This document shows, one piece after another, positions 40,301-50,984 of a stretch of DNA of 64,000 nucleotides (its first letter is position 1; each line of letters begins with the position of its first letter). Position numbers and translations under genes: made by a program. This DNA comes from Tubiluchus corallicola (Eukaryota > Animalia > Priapulida). Location: contig JAQGDQ010000903.1 of the NCBI GenBank assembly GCA_030141605.1, positions 17,987 through 81,986 of the forward strand, read 5' to 3'. The notes under the pieces are model-generated. The model was not told the origin of the DNA. It did no database searches and worked only from the letters and a program-made list of their open reading frames with translations.

Positions 40301-42445
40301 CTTTTCGCGTATTGTTTCAGTTTGGTACATTTTGCTTTCTGCAACATGAAGTGGATAGACATATCAGGTGGCACAAAAAATGCGCCGAAGTTTTGATCAC
40401 GACGTCATAGGAAGCTAATAACGAAATGGCTTAAAAGTTATTACACTGACGTTACGGACGTTTGTTTCATAAGCACCAAAAATAAGCAATTTTTTAAATT
40501 TGTCCAAAGCTACAGAAATTGGTTAAATCAATAAGTAAAAAAAAAACAAAATGCGGGAAAAATCGTGTGTAATTATTGTGCAACTTCTCTGGGTGCTAGC
40601 CACTCACACAGTAACCTAGACGAAGGCATTTTTTCCGACAGCTGACACAGTTTCTCAGTTTTTATTGGGGTTTTTGTTCCTAGCTTTCAACAATTTTTGC
40701 CTTTAGTGTCTTTGCGTCAAACGCCCTGTGCAGCTCGAGTGCACCTACTCTTTAAGGGAATTCCACATACCATGATGCAGAGGATTAAGTCCCATTTTTT
40801 CTTGGCAATAGATGTTTATCAGTACTTTGTTTCCTGCGGTGAAGGCCATTATGCTTGATTCCTGCATTGTTTTGCTGTCGTGTGTTAAGTGCTTTATACG
40901 TCAACATGGCCGTTTTTCAGTTGCTGACATTGTTCGTGTTCAGCCAGTTCATTTTTTAACATGCAGAAGATTTTTGGGCACAACTTGAAAATTGATGTAT
41001 TGTAATACAAAGCTGTAAAATTTCAACCTTGTTTCTAATGTCATTGTATCTAAAATTCAGCACATTTTCCCACGCCAACCGATATAAGAAAAACTTTTCA
41101 GAATGGCGATTACAAAACATTATTTTATCCCATACATTCATTGGAACGTGAAATATTGCACCATCTTTTTGCTCATCTAAATAATGAACACGAAAGAATC
41201 TTGTTTTAGTTTTGTATTTTCCTATTTTTCAAGATCTGATGATTTTATACCAGGAACTACTTATTACTTCATGTTCCGCACTGATCGAGAATGGGGTTAT
41301 GTAACTCAGCTTGAATTCTACTGGGAGTCTGATCACTTCAGTATTGTTGATCCGGATACCTGGATCTACGTGGCTAACCTTTACATCAAGGACATTAAAA
41401 TCACCGCAGCTGAGAGTCAAACGTTGTAAGTCAAACAACATTTAGTACGATGATTATTATAATCTTATTAATCTTAATGCCAAGCCCACGAGTAATTACA
41501 TTTTGATATGAAATTTGAAAGACAGGAAACGTGAAAATGTTAGGATTTGGATTTGAACCAGAGACCATTTGCTTACAAGGCAGACACGTAGACCACTAGG
41601 CCATCGTACACTGGTGATTAAAGCAGTCCCTTACAGCTGGCCAACCAAATTTAGAATTTCCGATGTTAGCTTACTCACACTGGAGCGATTCTAACTAACC
41701 GGATTATTTTTTTATTTTTATTAATTTGCAGCCTGACGTTCCGTATCAGCCTGTCTTTCTATTTCTTCAAAAATCAACACTGTTGTACATGTGTTTTCCA
41801 GTTTTTTCTTGTCCAATACTGTCAATAGACTCTAATCAGTATAAATAATTATTGATGAGACTGGAATAATCTGACATTAGTCATACAAAAAATATAGAAT
41901 AAAAACAATGCTGTAAGTCATTGGACAAATGACTGATGCATTACCATCATTATCGAATGGCATTTCTTTTATATTTTTAGTTATAAATCAAAATATTTTA
42001 ACACTATTGAGTTGCTGTTGCCCGTAGCCCTGTGACCTAACCTTTACCAATGACACGAATTTTGACTAAATTCTGATTGCTATAACTCAATATTTTTTGT
42101 ATTATATGTTACATAGAATTTGCATCTATAAGTCTATCTTTGATAGGCAAAATGATTAATACAAACCATGGTAACAACCCCTTCGTGTTCTCCCGCTGTA
42201 CTGAAAGTATTTCTGTACTATATTCATTGCATTTTCAGCATTTTTGAAGTTCTGTCGCAACCTTTGGCGCCATTTTCAGTTTCTTTGCCATTCAACGTTT
42301 TGCTATAATTTTCAAGCGTCTCTTCTGCCGTTATTTTTGAGAAAAATTAAGTTCATGCTATTTTTTCAGATCCATTTTCTGCACTGGATCTTCTAAATAT
42401 CGCGATGGGAAGCGGTACGACTTGCACGCTGGTGGTCAATGTTGA
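24776..42445 (+). CDS. Secreted pancreatic-lipase-related protein (lipase + PLAT domain), predicted catalytically inactive; 13 exons, ~627 aa
   Basis: Exons 24776-24887, 25897-26096, 26833-27021, 28253-28480, 31938-32084, 33782-33908, 36205-36324, 37444-37560, 38277-38392, 38927-39065, 39739-39859, 41234-41425, 42370-42445 join in frame (1884 nt). Signal peptide MEGTTFVRIVLLLLVTSATA. Motifs CYQDYGCF, LLFTR, NVIVVDW, HLIGYGLGAH, RITGLDP, RLDEKDAQFVDVIHTD, GHVDFYPAGGRIQPGC, CSHYRS; beta-rich PLAT-like tail. Confidence 0.9.
25688..25750 (-). mobile_element. tRNA-derived SINE head or tRNA pseudogene
   Basis: - strand tagtggtaatgcatccgctttccatttggtaggtcctgagttcaatc has A-box and B-box-like motifs but no clean cloverleaf. 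Confidence 0.45.
27466..27630 (+). mobile_element. tRNA-related interspersed repeat (SINE-like), copy 1
   Basis: tagtggcctagtggtctaaggcgtc...ttgtaag...gattcaaat (A/B boxes); similar to 41540-41700 in reverse. Confidence 0.55.
27776..28048. mobile_element. MITE with CCAG termini (CACTA/EnSpm-like)
   Basis: TIR ccagacagcatacaatatt ... aatattgttgtgctgcctgg, with internal caatattg repeats. Confidence 0.7.
29010..29180 (+). repeat. ~35-bp minisatellite array, inverted relative to 29935-30240
   Basis: Units like acaataaaacaatgtactgtgggtatttcattgtg are the reverse complement of the 29935-30240 unit. Confidence 0.75.
29404..30581 (-). CDS. Nested gene in lipase intron 4: secreted Glu/Ala-rich acidic pro-protein, 156 aa, unknown function
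   Basis: Exon 1 30581-30495 (MVRVSSPLMLLAFSCAIIAVTARHVSAKK, donor AG|GTAAGA); exon 2 29787-29404 (acceptor ttttttcag; VLSKR-EAESESPEQVVAEASAQAAEAA...PVAPPA*). Signal peptide, KR site, upstream TATA box and downstream ATTAAA at ~29190. Confidence 0.85.
29935..30240 (+). repeat. ~35-bp minisatellite (cacattgttttattgttacaatgaaatatctacag)n in the nested gene's intron
   Basis: Near-perfect tandem copies at 30020-30200, degenerate at the edges. Confidence 0.85.
30646..30678 (-). promoter_or_regulatory. TATA box and initiator of the nested acidic-protein gene
   Basis: TATATAA at 30678-30672 and Inr-like TCATTT ~27 nt downstream, ~65 nt before the ATG. Confidence 0.6.
30778..31210 (+). repeat. Tandem repeat, ~104-bp unit, ~4 copies
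   Basis: gttgaggtga recurs at 30794, 30898, 31001, 31105 with conserved tttggc.atatggttcctc...gacattgactga. Confidence 0.9.
31226..31460 (+). repeat. (GT)n/(GTGC)n microsatellite and degenerate (GACAG)n
   Basis: Direct inspection. Confidence 0.85.
35044..35959 (-). pseudogene. Nested antisense cyclase-family (kynurenine formamidase/isatin hydrolase-like) gene fragment in lipase intron 6, disrupted
   Basis: Exon from 35341: IGIIDILTNLDQMSPAGSIVFAIPMNLGDGSEAPVRVFA plus hydrophobic tail, matching the family C-terminal N-L-D-x-L-P...P-x-K/N-x-x-x-G-S-x-A-P-V-R motif. Upstream segment 35959-35780: GRYRNVDNEPEFFSGAEEN*YFPVIDAD / QLIEDKHIKSEVGLDSSSDPTIKVHQLV, with an in-frame TGA, a frameshift and no adjacent GT donor. 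Confidence 0.7.
36345..36640 (+). repeat. Degenerate (TTTG/TTGG)n tetranucleotide repeat
   Basis: Direct inspection. Confidence 0.85.
37247..37326 (+). repeat. (TTG)n microsatellite
   Basis: Direct inspection. Confidence 0.95.
41540..41700 (-). mobile_element. tRNA-related interspersed repeat (SINE-like), copy 2
   Basis: - strand gatggcctagtggtcta...ccttgtaagc...ggttcaaatcc; shares the upstream gttagaatc...gtgtgag...aatttgg segment with 27466-27630. Confidence 0.55.
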
Positions 42446-42794
42446 ACGTGAATGTTGAATGAGTTCACTGCACAAGTTTACTGCCGGACTTCCGGCAATA
42501 ATTTTTATCAATAATTTACCAATAGTGTCCAATTTCCGACTGATTAATTGTTTTTACGTTTATTACCAAATTGGTGCAAAGAGCCAGTAATTGTAACTTC
42601 TAGGGTCAATGCAGATAAACAGGATTCAAATTAGCGTAACTAAATAACTACTGTTTCCTGTACTGGTGCTATATTATTGTGAGTCATATTGCAATTGTCT
42701 TGCGGAAAAAATGCGAAAAATAGTAATTGCTGTACATTTAACGTTTTGCGATTTTTGTGATTTTATGAACCTATATGTGTGACTGCATTAAATG

Positions 42795-43240
42795 CAAACA
42801 CAAACAAATAAACAAGACTGATTTAATCTACAGTGAAAGATACGTTTGTTAGAGGCAAATCCCCTTACAAAGGAATATTGTGGCTCGAGCGTACAGAACA
42901 AATAACAACTAATTCATACAAATATTAAAAATAGTTATCACAGCAATGCTACATAAAGTAGTATTAATAACTCCTTACATAATTGTATCGAGATTTTTTT
43001 TAGACAATAACTGATTCCTAATATGAAAGGCTGATTCCAGAAAAGCTACAATAATCTTGCGTAATTCCATATCTTGACTACTCATTATAATGACAAATTT
43101 ATCATTGTCATTTGGCATGGCAGAAAATACAGGGAACAAATTTTCAATATGATTAAAAAGTGTCAATTTATCATCCTGATAACGGACATTTCATGACTAA
43201 GTGCATTTTATCTTCAATTTGGTTAGGGTTACAATAAATG
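42795..43240 (-). mobile_element. 3' fragment of a non-LTR retrotransposon (C-terminal zinc-knuckle region plus tail)
   Basis: - strand CIYCNPNQIEDKMHLVMKCP...TLFNHIE...AFHIR resembles the LINE ORF2 CxxC...EDxxHxxxxCP terminus; disrupted; ends in short tandem TTTG-like repeats. Confidence 0.65.
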
Positions 43241-44135
43241 CAACATCCTCACTTTATTTTAGCCTTCTCCCCTCTTTGTATCCTTATTGTCATCAAGCAG
43301 TTCCTTTGTTCGTACGAAATATGCCGTTCCTGCACTACGTTATTAAGCTTGCGTATTAATTTCGCTGAGCTGAATGTATTTTGGCCATGCCTGCATAAAT
43401 GCAAGATCACAAATCCAAAATCAGTTTATATTTTACTGTTGTTGCCCTGCCATAGGTTCCATCGTTTTTCATTGAAAGGCACATTGAAAGGAGTATATAT
43501 ACACAACTGTGTTGCTTTTGAGGTTTTCAAAAGCTGGCAGCAAAAAGTGTGTAAATTTTTGCGCCAAGCGTTAGCAAGCCAAAGAAAAAATTAGTCATAC
43601 TCGCTTGTAGATTACGTTGATTTAAATACTTTTTTTACATAAACGTGATATACAAAATACTTGACTCGAGTATTTAATAATACTGTATCAAAAACTTTTG
43701 TTATTAAATTTTCAACGAATTTTTGTTGCTATTAATTTAAATTACGCACTTTGCATATTTGTCCGTCAACTCTGATGCAAGAACAATTTATTTCACACAC
43801 AACAATGAATTAGTAAGCATTATACAAGGTAGCAACCATTATAGATGCAAGCGTGATGATCACGAATCATTGTAAAAGTAAGTTAATGTTAAGATGAGAT
43901 GAGATAAGATGAGATGAAATGAGACGAAACGAGACAAGATAAGATAAAATCTTCATTTAAACTCTATAGCTAGAACGAGTCATACAATTTTTGCATCCCG
44001 GTCGAGTAAACTAAAATAATAAATAATATAAATAAACATAAAAAATGCAAAATATGAATACAACTTAAAATTATACAAATTTTACGTTCATATACAAAAT
44101 TATCGAGTAACAAATACAGATGAACTGAATTTGCG

Positions 44136-44690
44136 TTGTATTGCATTGCATTGTATTGTATTGCACTGCACTGCATTGTACGGTACTGTACTGTACTGTA
44201 CTGTACTGTACTGTACTGTACTGTACTGTACTGTACTGTACTGTACTGTACTGTACTGTACCGTACCGTACCGTACCGTACCGTACCGTACCGTACCGTA
44301 CCGTACCGTACCGTACCGTACCGTGCCGTGCCGTATTGTATTGTATCGTATCGTATCGTATCGTATTTTGTTGTGTTGTGTTGTGTTGTGTTGTATTGTA
44401 TTGTATTGTATTGTATTGTATTGTATTGTATTGTATTGTATTGTATTGTATTGTATTGTATTGTATTGTATTGTATTGTATTGTATTGTATTGTATTGTA
44501 TTGTATTGTATTGTATTGTATTGTATTGTATTGTATTGTATTGTATTGTATTGTATTGTATTGTATTGTATTGTATTGTATTGTATTGTATTGTATTGTA
44601 TTGTATTGTATTGTATTGTATTGTATTGTATTGTATTGTATTGTATTGTATTGTATTGTATTGTATTGTATTGTATTGTATTGTATTGTA
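44136..44690 (+). repeat. Compound pentanucleotide microsatellite (ATTGC/ACTGT/ACCGT/ATCGT/GTTGT/ATTGT blocks)
   Basis: Direct inspection; it produces the spurious QYNTI/LYCIV ORFs. Confidence 0.97.
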
Positions 44691-45280
44691 TACAAGTTCG
44701 GGCTGAAATGCATTTTTAAGCACTGAAACTCATGATTCATAACTTTTAAGCAGCTCAAAATGAGCTATCTTAGCGGCTCTAGATAGATATAGTTTAGAGT
44801 TTTTCACTTTAATTTGGCGCGAGTAGAAATCTTATAGTCCTTTGGCTACAAGCTAAATACCTCTAGTTAGAACCATAACGATCATAAATTCATGGGCCGA
44901 ACCAGAAGCAAAATATGAAATCCTTGTAAATAATATTCTGAAACTGCTAATATATAAAAATGAAAGACAGTCTGCACCTAAAGAAAATCTTCACGTTTAA
45001 AACAGTTGTTGCAAAAAGTGTCAATACCTACATTTATGCTACCGAAACTTCACTTGCTATACACCACAAAGCGTTTGGATCCTGAACATTTTCTTTACCT
45101 CTTGGTCCTCTTCTGAAAGTTGTTGATGGTCTCAGTGATTGCCTGTTGTCACTGAGCTAACAGTTCTGAGCGATGAGCGTGTAAATAAGTCAGACTTCAT
45201 GTTAAAGTGTGGCTCCGCCATAAAAAATATTTCTTTACTGGACTGTGGTTAATTAAAAGTCTCAGCTAAAATAAACGCTC

Positions 45281-46243
45281 TCACCGTACATAATAAAGTT
45301 TGTGTTTCTTGTCTATCACCTTATCTATTGTTATTTGCCAGAGTTCTTCAAGCAACCACATCTGTCCGAAACAATGCACAATCATCGTATCATCTACACT
45401 AATGTTACGAACAGTAAAAATTTGAGTAACAATCAAATTATTAGCCGGAACGAATGTTGGATAACTTTCCGGTCGTATTCGAGATGAGAGAATTCCTGTA
45501 ACGTAAACGTCCTCAGCTGGGACAGGTATCCTATGCCGGGAAGCATCGTATAACAATGACACCAAGTCCATACTGATGATATACCCGGCTCCAATGGCGT
45601 AGGTGGGAAAGAATCTCTTTGGCCATTCTCGTTCTGAAACATAACCGCGCCTGAATATGCTTCTTACAGGAATTGCCCTATTCAAGACATAGCCGGATAT
45701 TGTGTTGCGTTGCAGTGTCGAAACATGTTTTATCAATACATCAGGATTGACATAGACATCAGTGTCACACTTCATCAAGAACTTGGCTTCTTTACAATGC
45801 GCAGACACAACGTGTAGCATTAAAACACTTTTCAGCACCAAGTTACGATAATTTTCCTCGATATTAGTCACAAGCAAGTCACCATACTTTAACCTTTCAA
45901 CTTTCAGTTTCGATCGTTTGGCGCCCTTAACTTGACCAACAATGAACAATAATTCCACATCTTTCCTTTTCTTCAGAAAACCGCCCCATGTAGTCCTGAC
46001 CATCTCGCGTCGATCGAAATCTTCTACATGCGACTCCACCATTATTATGAGTAATGTTTCACTCACGCATTTAAAACTGAAAGGTAAAGTGTACTCAAAC
46101 ATTTTATCACCAACTAAACATTCTGCTACTTTAGAAGTTTTGATGAAAACGTTATTCTGGAAAATTTCGTAACAGTGCAAAAACACAGTACAAGTTACGA
46201 GAGACGATAAGACGAATTTTCCGGTTGAGTTTATCCTGCGCAT
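45281..46243 (-). CDS. Beta-1,3-galactosyl/GlcNAc-transferase (GT31, Galactosyl_T), single exon, 320 aa
   Basis: N-terminal TM; LLIIMVES, RREMVRTTWG, LLFIVG, ERLKYGDL, ENYRNLVLKS, FLMKCDTDVYVN (DxD), FPTYAIGAGYIIS, EDVYVTGIL. Confidence 0.92.
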   Translation of the reverse strand: MRRINSTGKFVLSSLVTCTVFLHCYEIFQNNVFIKTSKVAECLVGDKMFEYTLPFSFKCVSETLLIIMVESHVEDFDRREMVRTTWGGFLKKRKDVELLFIVGQVKGAKRSKLKVERLKYGDLLVTNIEENYRNLVLKSVLMLHVVSAHCKEAKFLMKCDTDVYVNPDVLIKHVSTLQRNTISGYVLNRAIPVRSIFRRGYVSEREWPKRFFPTYAIGAGYIISMDLVSLLYDASRHRIPVPAEDVYVTGILSSRIRPESYPTFVPANNLIVTQIFTVRNISVDDTMIVHCFGQMWLLEELWQITIDKVIDKKHKLYYVR

Positions 46244-46689
46244 TTCAGAATAATTTCCTGTTTATCGAATGTGTGTGTTTGTTTTCGACCCTTTATATTT
46301 CAGTGTAGCTAGGATCGAGTACCGAAGATTTTTTATAAGCGCGTTTATATTTCTTCTTCTCCTTCAATCATCAGATTGCATTACTCAATAGCAAAGGAAT
46401 ATTAAAGCCATGTACATTAAGAATTGCTGTTTTTAGTTGCGCATACGCACTTCTTTTAAGCCAAAAAAGCATGTACTCCACGCAACAGTTGCTGGAACTG
46501 GCAATGTCAGCTCTTTCCCGTATTTGGTTTATCATCAACCGCTATTGTTATTCGTAGGAAAATGTGTCGTGTTAAGGCAAGTCACTTCTGCAAAGAAATA
46601 ACACCATTGGTTGCCAGTTTACCTTTTCATTTATTTTGCTGGTTATTTAGCATCTCATATACACCAGCAAGCATATAGAAATCCAAAAT

Positions 46690-46776
46690 TAACGTGCTAT
46701 GCTATATTTAAAAGTCCAACCTCGACGCAAGTTTGACATATTCAAACAACTATTAGTTTCGGAATCTCCTATAGTA

Positions 46777-46853
<77 letters not shown>

Positions 46854-47390
46854 AAATCTTTATTTGCCATTTTAAGAACATTGGCCATCATAATAAAAGA
46901 CAGACAATCAGTGTTAATTCATATAAAAACATACACTGTTCTGGGCAAATGCGTCTGGTGCAACCTGAACTATAAGTGCAACTAGAAATTTGAAGATAAA
47001 CTATAAACTAGTTTAGCAAGGTCTAGGAAAAATGAAATTATGATTTGAGTATGTATCATCGTGTTCGTACGATGTCGGATGTTCAAAACGAGTCATTAAA
47101 TGTGTTTTTTAATTTAGACTTGAATATTGATAAAGAGCTGCTAAATATTGATAAAGAGATATACACCGGAAAGCATGTCGAAACCTAAAATCAGCGTGCT
47201 CTGCTATTTGTGCGACAAGTTAAAAGTCCAACCTCGAGGAAAGTTTGACATATTCAAACAACTATTAGTTCCGGAATCTCCTATACACCGGAAGCATGTC
47301 GAAACCTAAAATCAGTGTGCTATGCTATTTGTGCGACAGGTTAAATGTGCAACCTCGTTTTGGTTTTGGTTTTTTATAAAAACTATTAGT
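46690..47390 (+). repeat. ~120-bp tandem repeat (about 3 copies) interrupted by a LINE insertion
   Basis: ttaaaagtccaacctcg...tttgacatattcaaacaactattagtt.cggaatctcctata occurs at ~46708 and ~47221, with a partial third copy at ~47341. Confidence 0.8.
46773..47159 (-). mobile_element. 5'-truncated CR1/L2-type LINE with (TAC)n tail
   Basis: - strand SSSLSIFKSKLKNTF..* (typical ORF2 end), 3' UTR, aataaa, then (TAC)n; inserted in ctcc-TATA-caccgg with TATA on both sides. Confidence 0.7.
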
Positions 47391-47944
47391 TTCGCAATGT
47401 TTCTGACCTTTCGTCACTGATGTTTTGCGTAATTTACAATAATGCATCACATTCGGTCATGCATGCCGACATTCATTATTTCATTTCAACAAATATAGGT
47501 GGCGCGGTAATAATATAGGCTTACAGCCTTATACACGTGGTCCGTTAGAAATCGCGACCAAGATGAGCCTCATTTACTAATCGGTTAAAAACTTCGATTT
47601 TTCGACAATGCTTCCATTTAATGCTACAAATGTGAAATAGACAAAGGCTTATAAGCATTATAAACCTGCATAATCGTCTTGCAAATAAAGTACCAGCTTC
47701 ACCTTGATCTGAAGTGCAGCGCAAAGCTTAACAGTAATTTTTCCAGAATTTTTTACTCATGCTCTTAAAGTATATATGTGTACTTCCATATCTTAAACTA
47801 TTGTCATATGAAAGTAACAGCAATCATTTTAGAAAGACTTACAATTTTTAGTTCTTTGATAACATAAATTTCCTTTGCTGCATTTAATCAAAATTATTAT
47901 CAAAATGAAAGTTTTTAAATTCTTTATAACAAGAATAATATCCG

Positions 47945-48165
47945 TTTCATAAACAACCCACTATTATAACGAATTTTATTAATTTTTTTTATTATAAAAA
48001 ATCCAGTGTTTCTATTGCACACTGGAAGACGTCGATAGGAAATATATAATATATTCTAGTGTGTTTCCTGACGATAACTGCTAGTCGGTTTGTAGTAGAA
48101 ATGTTGGATTTTTTTGCAATAAAAAATAATAAAATTTGTTATAATTGTGCGTTGTTTATGAAATT
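47945..48165. repeat. ~220-bp imperfect palindrome (MITE-like) between the GT31 and methyltransferase genes
   Basis: tttcataaacaacccactattataacgaattttatt...aaaaaatcca vs tggattttttt...aataaaatttgttataattgtgcgttgtttatgaaa. Confidence 0.7.
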
Positions 48166-48565
48166 ATTATCAAGTGCATACTTTATAGCCATCACAATAA
48201 CTCGGGAAAATCTAAATGTTCAGAGTTAGGGCTATTAATAAATACATTAGGCTGTTAAGCTGTTAGTGATATTTTCTTTGTACGAGTTTGCTTTTCTTGC
48301 AGTTATTTCGATTATTAACTGTTTGTTATGCTATAAAGTTCAAAATGAAAAATTTGATATTTAATTATATTTTTATGTTTCTGTCTTTACATTACAAAAA
48401 AGCACATAATGTGTACTGAAATATTATGTTACCGGCATTTTTATAGGCTTTATAACGCGTGTAGCCATAATATAGGGGTTAATAGCAGAATAGTTTTTCT
48501 GCCGTTGTAGCAGTGCAGCTATAGCGAACACCGGTTGCACACGTGTGCCTGCGTGAGTTTCTGCT

Positions 48566-49615
48566 ATGAATTTGAAATGTTTTAGTTGTTCAGCAACACG
48601 CGACGTGTTTAGAAAATATCTCTTGTTAATAATACCCGTGATTCTTCTATTGTTTTTAATTGTTCACCAAAACTTTTTTGGAGAATTTAGAGAAGAAAAT
48701 AATAACTCCGTGGGGAAACGTGAAATTTTACCTCATTGTACTTGTCCAAAGCATGCTGTTAGAGCTTTCGACTATTGTTTTTGCCATCCTGGTTTCCTTG
48801 GAGAAGGATGCTGCAAAAGAGCACCTCTAACTGAAAAAGTGTTACGTAAGTGCCCCAACCTTAGAGAAGCTGTAACGTTCGACAAATTTATGACAAAAAC
48901 GAAAATGCCAGCAACATGTTTCGTCCAAGAAGAAAGTGGTATAGTGCAAATTCCAAAGTTTATGTGGCAAGAGGCTCAAACATGTGAACTGGACTGGTGG
49001 ATTAAGAACTACGATCTATGGCAGCAGATCATAGATAATGACCGCCGCGAAGGTTTTGGAAATTTTAGCAAAGTTCCTGCGCAGTTGGATAGCCTAGTGG
49101 AAGTAGCAGCCGGTCCACGAACTCAGACGCTGAACATGTTAGAGGCAGTAGAACACGACTTGAACATATCACATGTCACACTGATAGAACCGCTTGCAGA
49201 AAAATATGCCAGTGAATTTAAACGCTGCCCATACAAGCACGGAAAACTTCTGCAATATCCAACCTCCATTGTGACCTCAACGGTTGAAGCTCTACCTCAT
49301 TCTACCAGATTTGACACTCTCATTAGTATTAATGCGCTGGAGCACGTACAGAATGCTTTGGAATACCTAGACAAAATTTACAGAATCTTGAAACCAGGAG
49401 GAGTACTGATATTTCATGACGTGTGGTACAGAGTAGCTGAACCGGCAGCTAAACATCGAAATAAATGTCATCCTATTCAAGTGTCATGGTTTGTTCTTGA
49501 TAAATTTTTGGTTGAATTTGAGACACTGTTTGTAAATACATTGCCCACAAGTTTGTCTCGTAAAACAACCTCAAATTATTTAGGGATCTACTACATTGGA
49601 CGTAAAAAGAAATAA
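48566..49615 (+). CDS. Type II membrane class I SAM-dependent methyltransferase with Cys-rich/EGF-like stem, single exon, 349 aa
   Basis: TM YLLLIIPVILLLFLIV; CTC...CFCHPGFLGEGCC; motif-I variant LVEVAAGP; post-I VTLIEP; RFDTLISINALEHV; IYRILKPGGVLIF. Confidence 0.85.
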   Translation: MNLKCFSCSATRDVFRKYLLLIIPVILLLFLIVHQNFFGEFREENNNSVGKREILPHCTCPKHAVRAFDYCFCHPGFLGEGCCKRAPLTEKVLRKCPNLREAVTFDKFMTKTKMPATCFVQEESGIVQIPKFMWQEAQTCELDWWIKNYDLWQQIIDNDRREGFGNFSKVPAQLDSLVEVAAGPRTQTLNMLEAVEHDLNISHVTLIEPLAEKYASEFKRCPYKHGKLLQYPTSIVTSTVEALPHSTRFDTLISINALEHVQNALEYLDKIYRILKPGGVLIFHDVWYRVAEPAAKHRNKCHPIQVSWFVLDKFLVEFETLFVNTLPTSLSRKTTSNYLGIYYIGRKKK

Positions 49616-50984
49616 AGTTAGTCGAAATGTGAAATGACAATATCAACCAGTGAAGAAGATTTCAAGATTCAAGATTTCAAAATTTCAAGATTTTGTTAAG
49701 CCAACATAATATATTTGTACATTTCTGTAAAAAAATAATACTGTAGCTTAATTTCAATTACACATATTGATGTTATGTGGTTGGGAGGAACTGAAGCAAT
49801 ACCGCCGCGTAAGTTAAATACCTTCCCGAAAAGAAACGGAAGAAGAGAAAGAGAAGAATTGATGAACGAAATACAAGAAAGGCACGGAGAACAACAGGGA
49901 GCTAAAATAAGTAAACACGTGCAAAATAGTTGTTTATAGTTATACAATTTTACCACACTTTCACGTGGCAAGTTGAATTAATTACGTAAATTTACGTTCC
50001 CTAAAAATCTTGCCAAGAACCCTCAGTTTTACCCTGAAACTTCAGAGATCACCGATTGTACTGCACTTTAGCTACACTTCACAAAAACATTAATTGTTAT
50101 TGTTTTGGTTGGTACTGAAGCGCACGTATAATTGTAAGCATAAATGTAAGTAAAATTGTAAATAAAATTATATGTGTAAATGAAATTTCTTCATTTTTTA
50201 CTTATTCGTTTTATTTGTTTCGAATTGTTTATTTCATCCTGTCAACACAGTCTACATACAAATACTCCTGAGTGGGGTACAATTAGACAAAAATTTGAAA
50301 TTTAGTCAGGGAACGAAATAAGTATTACTGGTACTGTTAACGGGATGTTTTTTGTAGAATTGGTGGAAGCCATCTATTTTATGTTATAGGTAAAATGTCT
50401 GCTGAATGCAAAATCAAACTGAATGAATATCATCAGCATTATATGCCCATTACGTTCATCGTAGAGACTGGGCAGGCAGAATTTTAAGACAAAAAAAATC
50501 TGCCCCCAAGGCAGGTAGCCTATACCAGTGGCTTGTCAGAACCACTTGCGAGCATTAATGAATATGATGTAGTTCAAATCATAAACGCAACTCTAAATTA
50601 AGAAAAAATTATGTATACTCTCATGAATATTTTTGGCCTCTTTTGCAGTATATAGTTATTATTGAAAATTCAAAAAATGTATGTCTAAGGTGTATGTCTG
50701 AGTCTTCAAAGTCAAACATTTCCACATCTTCTAAAATAGATCACTACCTGGGTCTCTACCGCAAACAACCTACCCACTTACGGAGGATCAACGTCACCGT
50801 ATTAGTTACTGTGGTGCAGTAGCCTAAAATCTACAATACAATTATGCATGTAGTGAGAATATGCGAGAAGGCGACTTTTATTGTGATATTTTTATGCACT
50901 TCGTTGCTTATTTTAACAGTCTGTCATAGTACTAACACGAAATAATTCGTAAAAGTGACAATTCCGTTAGAAACTTTTAATAAA

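Noticed and set aside
40117-40374. THID string as the missing cyclase HxGTHxD exon
   Set aside because: Lacks the flanking His, Gly, Pro and His residues; probably chance.
43970-44758. Long ORFs on both strands (QYNTI/LYCIV repeats)
   Set aside because: Stop-free translation of a pentanucleotide microsatellite.
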